Shown here: positions 50,189-59,814 of the stretch, in pieces | How the letters are laid out: each line of letters opens with the position of its first letter | Numbering within the stretch: position 1 is the stretch's first letter | DNA from: Bacteroidetes bacterium RIFCSPLOWO2_12_FULL_37_12 | GTDB taxonomy: Bacteria > Bacteroidota > Bacteroidia > 2-12-FULL-37-12 | Length of the DNA stretch: 64,000 nt | Direction of reading: 5' to 3' | NCBI GenBank assembly: GCA_001769655.1 | Contig: MEPC01000042.1 | Location: 93,125 to 157,124, forward strand | Position numbers and translations under genes: made by a program | The notes under the pieces: model-generated | Database searches by the model: none | What the model was told of the DNA's origin: nothing | Seen by the model: only the letters and a program-made list of their open reading frames with translations

Positions 50189-51286
50189 TTACCGTATTTT
50201 TTTTCTAATCAAAGGCGCTCCAACACCAAATATCACCAAACATACTAAAATCAGTATAATCCTTTTTTCATTTCTCAACCAGAACCGAAATGCCGGTATT
50301 TTCTTTTCAAATTGGTTTGCCATCTTATTATACTTTGGTAATTGATCCTGTACTAAATCAGGAAATGTTTTTACTAAATCGTCCTCAAGCAATTTAAGCA
50401 TGTTCCATAAACGGTTTCTTGTGTTGGTGTCACTCACCGTAAACACCTTTTCATTGATTTCAAATTCCACTTCTGCAAAGTGCGCCTTGATTCCCCATTT
50501 TTTGGAATTCACAAGATCAAGCGTTAAGGTAATAAAAGTAGTGTCATTTCTTAAAATATAAACCCGTTTCCGTAATTGTTCCAGATCAAGTTTCCGTCTT
50601 AATTTCATAGGATCCGTTTTAAGCAAGGTTGCCTTCTCCAGAAAATCCTTCTGTTCTTTTTTCTTAACCATTTTATATACATATTCATCGGGTTCTCTTT
50701 GCTTTTTTTCCTCTTCCGGCTGAGGAGCACTATCGTTTTTTTTCTTTTTTGATTTAACCGGAAACTTAAATTCCCCGCGTACCAGCGTATCGGATGGATT
50801 TTCAGAGTTAAATTTGATTTGCACTAATTCTTTATCGGGTGACATCTTGCCGGGTTCTTTTTCATAAAATCTTCGCCGGTAACGCACTCCCGCTTTGGCA
50901 TCTAATACATGCAGATTCCTCGTATCATAATACGTGTCTAAAAAAAGTTCTTCGGCAAATCTGGAAAGATAGGGTGAACCCTGATTTTTCAAAATGGCAC
51001 CTCTAAAAACTTCCTTTGTGTCCCTCTCTGGAGAGGGTTGGGAGAGGATTAAAGAACTGTTTTTAGAGGTGCCTAATAGTATTTCCGGATTTTTATAACG
51101 TATTAATAAATAATTCCATACCGCTGATTCTTTTTCCGGAGGCACTGCAAAACGAAATTCAGAATCAAAACGCAAGCGGTTGTACCAGGAAGTTTTTTTA
51201 GGAATAGAACCGGAATCAGTGTCCTGAGCGCATGAATCAGGTACAAAGAGTACGGTAATCCAAAGAAGTAAGAAAATATTTTTCAT
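50189..51286 (-). CDS. CYTH/triphosphate-tunnel-like protein with signal peptide and C-terminal TM helix
   Basis: SEFRF, DTYYDT, VRYRRR, VQIK, RGEFKF, RKRVY, TLTLDLV, FAEVEFE, PKY; hydrophobic N- and C-termini. Confidence 0.7.
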   Translation of the reverse strand: MKNIFLLLWITVLFVPDSCAQDTDSGSIPKKTSWYNRLRFDSEFRFAVPPEKESAVWNYLLIRYKNPEILLGTSKNSSLILSQPSPERDTKEVFRGAILKNQGSPYLSRFAEELFLDTYYDTRNLHVLDAKAGVRYRRRFYEKEPGKMSPDKELVQIKFNSENPSDTLVRGEFKFPVKSKKKKNDSAPQPEEEKKQREPDEYVYKMVKKKEQKDFLEKATLLKTDPMKLRRKLDLEQLRKRVYILRNDTTFITLTLDLVNSKKWGIKAHFAEVEFEINEKVFTVSDTNTRNRLWNMLKLLEDDLVKTFPDLVQDQLPKYNKMANQFEKKIPAFRFWLRNEKRIILILVCLVIFGVGAPLIRKKIR

Positions 51287-51361
51287 TTATTTATAATAGA
51301 ACTCTTGCGTAAGATATAAAAATTAAGACACAAAGAAACTAAGAAATACTAAGAAAAAACT

Positions 51362-53491
51362 TCAATCAAAAAATCTCCAATTCACTCCGAGTTGCATCGT
51401 TCTCGGATACGCCGGGTACCAGGGGGATGCAAAATATCCCTTAGTTACAATGCCCTGATTTAGATGGGTAATTTTAAAAAATACGAGCGCATCTCCTATG
51501 CGGAAATTTAAAAAGAAATCTACAGACGTATATGCCCGCATGGGAAATTTATTTTGCAGGTAAAACTGTTGTATCACAGGGTTATAGGAATAAGCATTCC
51601 ATGAATCCGTAGTCCGTAAATCAAATCCGGTTTGCATAGGCATCTTTCTTCCGAAAACAGTATTTTCATAATACAACCGGTTGAAAATGTAAAAACCGGG
51701 GAGACGGATTAATCCGGTGTCACTTAAAAAGTTCTGCTGAAAATAATTCTCAAAACCGAAATGTGAAGGATAAAAATTGAACCGCAAATTAAAATAAAAA
51801 AATGAATGAGTGGAAAGCGTTTGAATGGGTTTACTTTGGGTGTCGTAATAAATCAGGTTTTCAATCATGATTTTTCCAATCACAGGATAAATTTTCCATG
51901 CCTTGTTCTTTGGGATCCACTGATATCCTGCCTCTAATTGCCGGGTGGTCATGGAATTAAAAATATTTTTCCATTGTATAAAATCCCCCTGATACTCTTT
52001 TTGCAATTCATTTCCAAAATTTTTATTTTGTATAAATCGAAAAAGGAAATCGTGCAAACCGGCTGATGTTTTAATATAATTTTTCCCTTCATCATAACTT
52101 TTCAAAAAATGCCACCCATCTATCGTAAACTTCCAATTTCTTGTATTTAGAATGGAATAAAATCCGGTTACCAGCGATGACGTTGGAGAAGTTAAAGTGC
52201 CATTCTCATTGCTGGAATTATATTGCTGTGATTTTAAATAGAAATCAGCATGAAAACAGTGGTTGGAATCCGTTTTATTATTGCCGGGTAATGCAAACCC
52301 AACGGTTTGTTCTAAAAAATTCCAACGGATATTTTCATACAAAGCGAAAGAAAATAATGAATCCGTGAACGCTGAGTAAAAAGCCGGCTCGGGCGCATCG
52401 TCTGTAAATTTATACGTGCGTTGATTTCCTTTAAACCGATTATAAAAACGGAATTTTTTGGGTCTTAACCGTTCACGGTTACTTTTAACAAAGTGGAGTG
52501 AATCTGAAAAATATTTCTTATATATTTTACAAATACTGTCTTTTTTTTCAGGAGTATTATAGGTGGCTGAATCTTTTAACCATTTCCGGTTTGAATAAAA
52601 ATCAATAGTGTTTCTATCATCAACTTCCCAATCCGACAACGTGTCACTTGTTCTTCTTCCAAAATCGTAAAATTGATAAATCTGCCATTCCCTTCTGTAA
52701 TGATGGGTTTGTGCTGTGTATAAATTTACTCCCTCAATATCTCCGTCAAAAAATTCATCCTTGGAAATGGTTGTATCCTGAAATACCCCGCCGGTCTCTT
52801 TTATTTTATGGTCGGTATATGAAAATAATACAAGCAAGTGATAGCGGTACCCGGGACTATGAAACCAGGAAAATAAATCCAGCCCTTTAAAATCCAACTG
52901 ATTATCGTGTAGCGCAGTTGAACCAATCTTTTTATCCGATGCCATTCGCTTGTACTCAGCGCCCATGTTCCATGTACGGGTTATATTGCGTGCGAAAGTA
53001 GCAGAAAAAATCTGTTCATCTTTAGTGCCAATCATGTAAAATAAATCCGCGTAAGGGGACTTCGAATCAAAATATTTTCTTTTTTTGGGATTTGTATAAT
53101 ATGCATTAAAATTATTAAATCCCGCATCGGGGGTTGATGAAGAGTCAATCGAGAAATACAATGGATAATAAGCCGTTCCAAGATTGCCAAGATGCTGGGA
53201 AGTCATTTCTGCTTTCTGCACAAAATTGTAATCGTGAATACCCTGTAAGCTGGTATCTGCCGGATGTTTAGTGCTAATACCGTAACGCAAATCCTCTTCG
53301 GTTATGTATTGCGTTGTTTTAGTACCAAAAATATTTTTAGTGGAATCGTCAACGACCTGCGCTGTACCGGTAAAATAGTGCAGAGGGCAATTTATAACAA
53401 GAAGTATTAAGAAAGTTCTTACGATAAGAAATCTCCCTTGTAAAACCAATAAAGGAATCCGGATTTGCTGGAAAGCCAAGTGTTTGCTCAT
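51362..53491 (-). CDS. Bacteroidota putative porin (Porin_10-like beta-barrel)
   Basis: HLGNLGTA, YFDSKSPY, YNPVIQQFYLQN, FFK..HLNQG....GYF..P.YP, terminal GVNWRFFD. Confidence 0.85.
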   Translation of the reverse strand: MSKHLAFQQIRIPLLVLQGRFLIVRTFLILLVINCPLHYFTGTAQVVDDSTKNIFGTKTTQYITEEDLRYGISTKHPADTSLQGIHDYNFVQKAEMTSQHLGNLGTAYYPLYFSIDSSSTPDAGFNNFNAYYTNPKKRKYFDSKSPYADLFYMIGTKDEQIFSATFARNITRTWNMGAEYKRMASDKKIGSTALHDNQLDFKGLDLFSWFHSPGYRYHLLVLFSYTDHKIKETGGVFQDTTISKDEFFDGDIEGVNLYTAQTHHYRREWQIYQFYDFGRRTSDTLSDWEVDDRNTIDFYSNRKWLKDSATYNTPEKKDSICKIYKKYFSDSLHFVKSNRERLRPKKFRFYNRFKGNQRTYKFTDDAPEPAFYSAFTDSLFSFALYENIRWNFLEQTVGFALPGNNKTDSNHCFHADFYLKSQQYNSSNENGTLTSPTSSLVTGFYSILNTRNWKFTIDGWHFLKSYDEGKNYIKTSAGLHDFLFRFIQNKNFGNELQKEYQGDFIQWKNIFNSMTTRQLEAGYQWIPKNKAWKIYPVIGKIMIENLIYYDTQSKPIQTLSTHSFFYFNLRFNFYPSHFGFENYFQQNFLSDTGLIRLPGFYIFNRLYYENTVFGRKMPMQTGFDLRTTDSWNAYSYNPVIQQFYLQNKFPMRAYTSVDFFLNFRIGDALVFFKITHLNQGIVTKGYFASPWYPAYPRTMQLGVNWRFFD

Positions 53492-53579
53492 TTTCAACTT
53501 TAACTCAAAAACATATTAGTATTTTTTCGTAAATATATTATAGCTACTCCGGTGTGTATTATTTCTCGCAAATATTATG

Positions 53580-53680
53580 TCACGCAAAGACGCAAAGTAC
53601 GCAGAGTATTAAGTACGCAGAGTAAAAAAATCATAAATGATTTTTTCTTTGCCTCTTTGCCTCTTTGCGGCTTTGCGTGA
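53580..53680. repeat. REP-like inverted repeat
   Basis: TCACGCAAAGACGCAAAG (53580-53597) and CTTTGCGGCTTTGCGTGA (53663-53680) are 17/18 complementary. Confidence 0.85.
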
Positions 53681-53774
53681 GAACTTTTTTTATGCTGAAT
53701 AGTTACAATATTTTCAAATTTCTTCTTTTTCCTTTCTTCTTTCTTCTCTCTTCTTTCTCCTTTTTCCTTTCTCC

Positions 53775-53914
53775 TTTTTCCTTTTTCCTTTTTCCTTTTT
53801 CCTTTTTCCTTTTTCCTTTTTCCTTTTTCCTTTTTCCTTTTTCCTTTTTCCTTTTTCCTTTTTCCTTTTTCCTTTTTCCTTTTTCCTTTTTCCTTTTTCC
53901 TTTTTCCTTTTTCC
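53775..53914. repeat. perfect heptamer microsatellite (TTTTTCC)20
   Basis: 20 exact units plus degenerate flanking units from about 53720 to 53948. Confidence 0.97.
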
Positions 53915-53947
53915 CTTTCTCTCCTTCCCCCTTTTCCCATTCTCCCC

Positions 53948-55603
53948 CTACTCCACATTCACCTCAATATTCTCAATCTCCCAATTCGCTTTCAGTGGCA
54001 TAATATTTTTATAATAAAATATTTTTTCAGGTAAAATGTTTTTGAAAATATCACCCCTGTCCCACCTTTCGTTATTGTTCCTGTCTTCCAGCAAACGAAA
54101 TACGTACTTACCGGGTTTTAGCCATTCAAAACGGAATGTGTGATTATTTTTTAATTGACGCAGGACTCTCCCTTTATCGTCGAGCAGGTCCAGTGTGAAA
54201 TTTTTCCAGATGGTATTTACAGTGCCACTTAATGCTCCGTAACCGGCATCGTTATCTTTGTAATATATAAAAGGTTCTTTCCGGTTTTTCAAACCGTAAA
54301 CATCCGAAAACATACTATCCGGAATACTAATCCGCAGATTTTTAGTAAAGGGTATATTCCTCTTAATGCTTAATTCGTTTCCGTATTTATTCCAGGCATA
54401 CTCATCTTCTTTATTTAACAGAATAGTTTTTACAGAATCCACCATAAATTCCAACAATGGAATTGTTTTTCCAATTACCGGTACCCGAAATAAAAATTTT
54501 ATCTGGTTGGAATTCATGATTAGAGTGCCATTGGAAGGAAAAACCGAAATAACAAAAGGGACAGAGTCCTTTTTAGCATCCGGTTTTACGCCTATGAATA
54601 ATGTGTCCTGCATTTTGTTGTATGAGGAATCAATGGCTGTAACGTGTAATGAAACACTATCCTTCTCAATAGTTGGAAATGCCACAAGATTTTTTCCGTC
54701 ATACAGCGGGATAAAAGGAACAGGAGATGAAGCGCTGTCATTCAACTGAAAAAGAGAAATTGAATCAACTCCCTCACTGAACTGCAAGGTGATTTTATTT
54801 TTTTCATCCGCTTGCGATTTCAAAATATAGGGAGGAAGGTGGTCTTCTTTGTATAAATGAAGATTCAATTTTATAGTATCCTGTCTAATGGAAATCAACG
54901 AATCGGTGAATGCCACCCGTTCAGAACTAATATCACAGGTATAATTTTTATTTTTATCATCAAACGCTATTACATTAAATTGCCCTTGTGGCAGGTTTTT
55001 TAACTGAAATTCTCCGGTTTTAGTACTTCGGGTAAGAAAAAGAGGAGTTTTTTTAACGAAATGAACAGTGTCACTGTCCTTCGCAGGAATGAGTCCTACT
55101 GTAATTCCATGCACCGGATTTCCGCTAAGAACCTCTGAAATCATTCCCTTTACAATGCCGGTATCAATAATTTCCCCGGTGCTGAAAGTGAGGGTTAACT
55201 CATCGGGAGGATTTTTTTCGGTATTGTCCACAATCGAATTTTCAAATTGAAAACGGTACGTAGTGTTTGAAAGTAGTGTATCCTTCAGCGTAATAAAAAA
55301 TTTTTTCTTTTTAACTTTGGTTTCCACCGGATATTTTAAAGGAGGGGATACTATCCAATTCGTGCTTAAATTATTGGTGTTCACATATTCATCAAATTCA
55401 AGTTCGAGAGTGTTATCTCTATAATTTCGCTGTTCATCGGTTGGCTTTGAGTGAACTAACTTAGGTGGAGTTTCATCTTTGGGACCTCCGGTCGGTGGTA
55501 CGATATTGGCGCAGGATGTGAGAAGGAATAAAAGGAGATAGATTAGGCGATTGGCTGAATGGTTAAATGGTTGAATGGTTATATGGTTAAATGGAAAAAT
55601 CAT
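53948..55603 (-). CDS. Ig-like (Big_5-type) domain lipoprotein
   Basis: LTSCANIVPPTGGPKDETPP, FDEYV, NTTY..F..SI.D.TE.N, D.N.N..WD.G, ANWE. Confidence 0.88.
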   Translation of the reverse strand: MIFPFNHITIQPFNHSANRLIYLLLFLLTSCANIVPPTGGPKDETPPKLVHSKPTDEQRNYRDNTLELEFDEYVNTNNLSTNWIVSPPLKYPVETKVKKKKFFITLKDTLLSNTTYRFQFENSIVDNTEKNPPDELTLTFSTGEIIDTGIVKGMISEVLSGNPVHGITVGLIPAKDSDTVHFVKKTPLFLTRSTKTGEFQLKNLPQGQFNVIAFDDKNKNYTCDISSERVAFTDSLISIRQDTIKLNLHLYKEDHLPPYILKSQADEKNKITLQFSEGVDSISLFQLNDSASSPVPFIPLYDGKNLVAFPTIEKDSVSLHVTAIDSSYNKMQDTLFIGVKPDAKKDSVPFVISVFPSNGTLIMNSNQIKFLFRVPVIGKTIPLLEFMVDSVKTILLNKEDEYAWNKYGNELSIKRNIPFTKNLRISIPDSMFSDVYGLKNRKEPFIYYKDNDAGYGALSGTVNTIWKNFTLDLLDDKGRVLRQLKNNHTFRFEWLKPGKYVFRLLEDRNNNERWDRGDIFKNILPEKIFYYKNIMPLKANWEIENIEVNVE

Positions 55604-55857
55604 CACTTGCTCCTCGTATAAAAAAGAAAATAACTCCCCGCGGTTATAATCAATATAGCGCCTAACGCACCAAGAGTTTGTTTCGTTTTTGTTTGTTTGA
55701 CCTGTTTTTTATTTTGAACGGAAAGGGCTATAGAGTCACCCGGAAACTGATTTAATCCCTGAGTCAATGATAATTTATTTTTAGTGGAATCAAGTGATTG
55801 CGGGATGGATGCATTCATTGCAAAAAGATAAAAGAACACTATTAATCCTATGCGCAT
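55603..55857 (-). CDS. small hypothetical membrane protein
   Basis: Signal-like N-terminus, C-terminal TM ending LFYTRSK; stop overlaps the next start (TGATG). Confidence 0.7.
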   Translation of the reverse strand: MRIGLIVFFYLFAMNASIPQSLDSTKNKLSLTQGLNQFPGDSIALSVQNKKQVKQTKTKQTLGALGAILIITAGSYFLFYTRSK

Positions 55858-55890
55858 AATAATTTTTTTTAGTTAATGCAATAGTAAAAC

Positions 55891-56055
55891 AACTCAGGTT
55901 TAAAAAAAAACATAAAACACTAAATAAAAAAAATAAAAAATGAATAAGTATGACCACTTTACAAAAAACAATTACAAAAAATTGAATAGTGACCCCACTT
56001 AGTCATTTATTGTTATGTGTTAAATGTTATTTATTATTTTTTATAAAACTAGTTT
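55891..56055. repeat. AT-rich inverted repeat, family copy C
   Basis: AACTCAGGTTTAAAAAAAAACATAAAACAC...AAAATGAATAAGT and ACTTAGTCATTTATTGTTATGTGTTAAATGTTATTTATT...TAAAACTAGTTT. Confidence 0.6.
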
Positions 56056-56084
56056 ACTTCTGTTATTTGTATTGATTGGCAACC

Positions 56085-57116
56085 CTACCCCCCCACCCAC
56101 TGCCGCAAAAATCTTAAATCATTCTCCTGAAACAATCTCAAATCATTAATCTGATATTTCAACATGGCAATCCGTTCTATTCCCATCCCAAAAGCAAAAC
56201 CTGTAAATTTTTCAGAATCTATTTTCCCGTTTTCCAATACGGCTGGATCTACCATGCCTGCTCCCATTATTTCTACCCACCCGGAATGTTTGCATACATT
56301 ACACCCTTTACTTTTACAGATAAGGCAGGTTATGTCCACCTCCGCACTGGGTTCGGTAAATGGAAAATAGGAAGCACGAAGCCGCATGGAAATTTCTTTG
56401 CCAAACATTTCGTGCACAAAATATTGCAATGTTTGTTTTAAATCGGAAAAGCTGACTCCTTCATCAATGTACAAGCCCTCTACCTGATGAAACATGCAAT
56501 GCGCTCTGGCTGAAATAGCTTCATTGCGAAACGTCCTTCCCGGTGACAGTGTCCGTATGGGGGGTTTTTGATTTTCCATGACACGGATTTGCACGTTGGA
56601 AGTATGTGTGCGCAATAAAATATCGGGATTCTTCTGAATAAAAAACGTATCCTGCATGTCGCGGGCAGGGTGATTTTCTCCCATGTTCAACGCCGTGAAA
56701 TTATGCCAGTCGTCTTCTATTTCCGGACCATACGAAACGGTAAAACCTATATGGGAAAAAATTTCAATGATCCGGTTCCGGATGAGTGTCACAGGATGAA
56801 TGGATCCCAGCGGCATTTCGGGTCCGGGCAAACTCAAATCTAATAAAGTGTCACTGGCAACGGATTGCTTATTGATAATTTCTTCACCGGCAGTTTTAAA
56901 CTTTGATTCGGCAAGCGTTTTTAATTTATTAACCGACTCCCCGTAGTCACGCCGGTTTTCCGGTGCGATATTTTTAATTTCAGATAAGAGGGATGGGATA
57001 ATTCCTTTCTTCACAAGAAATTTCAAACGGAAGTTTTCTAAGTCATCCGGTGAACTAATGGAAAATTTTTCAATTTCTGAATAAAGTAAAGCGATATCTC
57101 CGGTGGAAGTATTCAT
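56085..57116 (-). CDS. pheS: phenylalanine--tRNA ligase alpha subunit
   Basis: GSIHP, NFTALN, HPARDMQDTF, LRTHTS, FHQVEG, SYFPFTEPS, GFAFGMGIER. Confidence 0.99.
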   Translation of the reverse strand: MNTSTGDIALLYSEIEKFSISSPDDLENFRLKFLVKKGIIPSLLSEIKNIAPENRRDYGESVNKLKTLAESKFKTAGEEIINKQSVASDTLLDLSLPGPEMPLGSIHPVTLIRNRIIEIFSHIGFTVSYGPEIEDDWHNFTALNMGENHPARDMQDTFFIQKNPDILLRTHTSNVQIRVMENQKPPIRTLSPGRTFRNEAISARAHCMFHQVEGLYIDEGVSFSDLKQTLQYFVHEMFGKEISMRLRASYFPFTEPSAEVDITCLICKSKGCNVCKHSGWVEIMGAGMVDPAVLENGKIDSEKFTGFAFGMGIERIAMLKYQINDLRLFQENDLRFLRQWVGG

Positions 57117-57199
57117 ACCTGCTGATTTGCAAAATTATCCAAAGGTATTTAAAATTCACCAAAATTTTCTACCTTTGTCCCTTCTAATTCCATTTACCT

Positions 57200-57892
57200 A
57201 TGCTCAAATCTGCTCTTCGGGATTTCATCTCGCTTATTTATCCGCACACCTGTTTTGCCTGCAAGCGCCTGTTGGTGCGAGGCGAAAAATTTATCTGTAC
57301 GCATTGTCATTATAAACTTCCGGTAACCGATTACCATCAGAATCCGGACAATGAACTTCAGCGCCGTTTCTGGGGAAAAGTACCATTGAAATATACGTTT
57401 GCCTATTTGCATTTTGTCAGAGGCGGAAGGGTGCAAAAACTACTGCATAATCTGAAATATGGAAATGCGCCTGGGATTTCTGAATTTCTGGGAAATAATT
57501 ACGGTAGAATGTTGATGAAATCCGGATACAAAGGGCTTTTTGACTTAGTGACGGCCGTTCCTTTACACCCTGCTAAACTTAGAAAAAGGGGATATAATCA
57601 GAGCGAAGGTTTTGCTAAAGGAATTTCTGTCAATTTAGGAGCGGCATTTTCAACCTCAGTATTACGAAGGACTGTTGCCACATCCACTCAAACAAAAAAG
57701 AACCGCATGGCGAGATGGAAAAATGTAGAAACCGTTTTCGCTCCCTGCAAAGGAATTGATTTGAAAGAACAGAGGGTTTTGATTATTGATGATGTACTGA
57801 CAACCGGTTCAACTTTGGAGGCATGTGCGAATGTTTTGTTGGCAAATGGATGTAAAGAAGTAAGTATCGCGGTGATTGCGGCGGCGGCTTAG
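57200..57892 (+). CDS. comF: ComF family phosphoribosyltransferase-like protein
   Basis: CFAC/CTHC Zn motif, LKY, VPLH..K..KRGYNQS, IIDDVLTTGST. Confidence 0.92.
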   Translation: MLKSALRDFISLIYPHTCFACKRLLVRGEKFICTHCHYKLPVTDYHQNPDNELQRRFWGKVPLKYTFAYLHFVRGGRVQKLLHNLKYGNAPGISEFLGNNYGRMLMKSGYKGLFDLVTAVPLHPAKLRKRGYNQSEGFAKGISVNLGAAFSTSVLRRTVATSTQTKKNRMARWKNVETVFAPCKGIDLKEQRVLIIDDVLTTGSTLEACANVLLANGCKEVSIAVIAAAA

Positions 57893-58046
57893 TTTAAAAA
57901 TGGCATCTCTGATGCGGATTTACACTACTTTTTCGCATAATGATTGCCATATTAATTCCCTTGCAAGAGTGAAATCAGGAAAATCATGAATAATTGAAAA
58001 TTTTCGTGTAAGTTTGCATAAAATGTAATTCAATCCACCCCCCCCT

Positions 58047-59810
58047 ATGCATCCCACCAGAATCTTTGACTTCCTTACCCAACAGGTAACTCAGTATCCT
58101 AAATCGGATGCCCTTGCTTGTAAATCAGATGGCAATTGGAAAAAATATTCCTCTCAGGAATTTTTAGATCATGCTGATTTTATGGCACTGGGTCTTTCTT
58201 CAATGGGTGTCACTAAGGGCACTGCCATTGCCACTGTTTCCAATAACCGCCCAGAATGGAATTTTACCGACATGGGCATACTTAGCATGGGTGCTGTTCA
58301 AGTAGCCATGTATCCAAATCTGAATCCTTCCGATTACGTTTTTATCCTCAATGACTGTAACGCACAATATATTTTTGTTTCTGACCAGGCACTGTACGAA
58401 AAAATTTCTGCTATAAAACCACAAGTCCCCTCGTTAAAAGAAATATTCAGCTTTAATCAAATCAAGGGTTGCAGACATTGGACTGAAATTCTTGAATCAG
58501 GAAAAAAACAGGACAAAAACAAAATAAACACCTTGCGTGAGAGTGTGAAACCGGAAGACCTCGCAACACTAATATATACATCCGGCACTACAGGCACTCC
58601 CAAAGGAGTCATGCTCTCACATCATAACTTAGTCAGTAATTCCATTATCGGCGCTGAAATTGGTGATATTCGTTCCAACGAAAAGGCATTAAGTTTTTTA
58701 CCTCTGTGCCACGTTTTTGAAAGAATGATTACCTATATGTACATGAGCAAAGGTACTTCCATCTATTATGCAGAAAACATGGAAACGATTGGCGACAATT
58801 TGAAGGAAGTTCAACCGCATATTTTTACTACCGTTCCGCGCTTTCTTGAAAAGGTTTACGATAAAATACTTGCCAAAGCAAATGCATTAACCGGTATTAA
58901 ACGCTCACTGTTTTTCTGGGCGTTGGAATTAGCAAAAAAATTTGATTTCGAACATACGCATGGGTTTATTTATAATTTACAATTAGCGTTGGCTAATAAG
59001 CTTATATTTTCTAAATGGAGAGCGGCGTTGGGAGGAAATGTCACCCGTATTGTTTCGGGAGGTGCGGCTTTGCAACCTCGTCTGGCAAGGGTTTTCAATG
59101 CCGCAAAAATTTCAGTGCTCGAAGGATATGGTCTTACTGAAACATCTCCGGTAGTTGCCGTTAACCTTGTCTCTAAACCCGGATGTATAAAAATAGGAAC
59201 TGTAGGACCGGTTATCAGAGATGTAGAAGTAAAAATTGCGGAAGACGGAGAAATTCTTGTAAAAGGACCCAATGTGATGATGGGATACTATAAACGCCCG
59301 GATCTTACAGCGGAAGCCATTGACAAAAACGGTTTTTTTCATACTGGAGATATCGGTTGTTTTGAGGGAATGTTTCTTAAAATAACTGACCGTAAGAAAG
59401 AAATGTTCAAGACCTCAGGCGGGAAATTCATTGCTCCGCAGTTGATTGAAAATAAAATGAAGGAATCCCCGTTTATAGAACAGATAATGGTCATCGGAGA
59501 TGGAAAGAAATTTCCTGCGGCGTTGATTATTCCTGCTTTTGCATTATTGAAAGAAAAATTTGCTAAAGAAAATGTCCGGTTTAATTCCAACGATGAAATT
59601 ATAAAAAATCCAGCAGTGACACAACTTATTCATTCGGATATTGACCGCCTGAATGAGAATTTTTCCCCATTCGAGAGAATTAAAAAATTCAGATTATTGC
59701 CCTCCGAATGGACTATTGAAAGCAACGAATTAACGCCAACGCTGAAATGCAAAAGAAAAAACATAATGGCAAAAAATGAAACGTTGGTGGAAGAGATATA
59801 CAAAGAATAA
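58047..59810 (+). CDS. long-chain fatty acid--CoA ligase
   Basis: IYTSGTTGTPKGVML, FLPLCHVFER, EGYGLTETSP, FHTGDIG, ITDRKKEMFKTSGGK, LTPTLK. Confidence 0.96.
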   Translation: MHPTRIFDFLTQQVTQYPKSDALACKSDGNWKKYSSQEFLDHADFMALGLSSMGVTKGTAIATVSNNRPEWNFTDMGILSMGAVQVAMYPNLNPSDYVFILNDCNAQYIFVSDQALYEKISAIKPQVPSLKEIFSFNQIKGCRHWTEILESGKKQDKNKINTLRESVKPEDLATLIYTSGTTGTPKGVMLSHHNLVSNSIIGAEIGDIRSNEKALSFLPLCHVFERMITYMYMSKGTSIYYAENMETIGDNLKEVQPHIFTTVPRFLEKVYDKILAKANALTGIKRSLFFWALELAKKFDFEHTHGFIYNLQLALANKLIFSKWRAALGGNVTRIVSGGAALQPRLARVFNAAKISVLEGYGLTETSPVVAVNLVSKPGCIKIGTVGPVIRDVEVKIAEDGEILVKGPNVMMGYYKRPDLTAEAIDKNGFFHTGDIGCFEGMFLKITDRKKEMFKTSGGKFIAPQLIENKMKESPFIEQIMVIGDGKKFPAALIIPAFALLKEKFAKENVRFNSNDEIIKNPAVTQLIHSDIDRLNENFSPFERIKKFRLLPSEWTIESNELTPTLKCKRKNIMAKNETLVEEIYKE

Positions 59811-59814
59811 AATC

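Noticed and set aside
53575..54003. ORFs 53575..53958 (KRKKEKG repeats) and 53665..54003 (FSFFLFP repeats)
   Set aside because: They are translations of the TTTTTCC microsatellite and REP hairpin, not genes.
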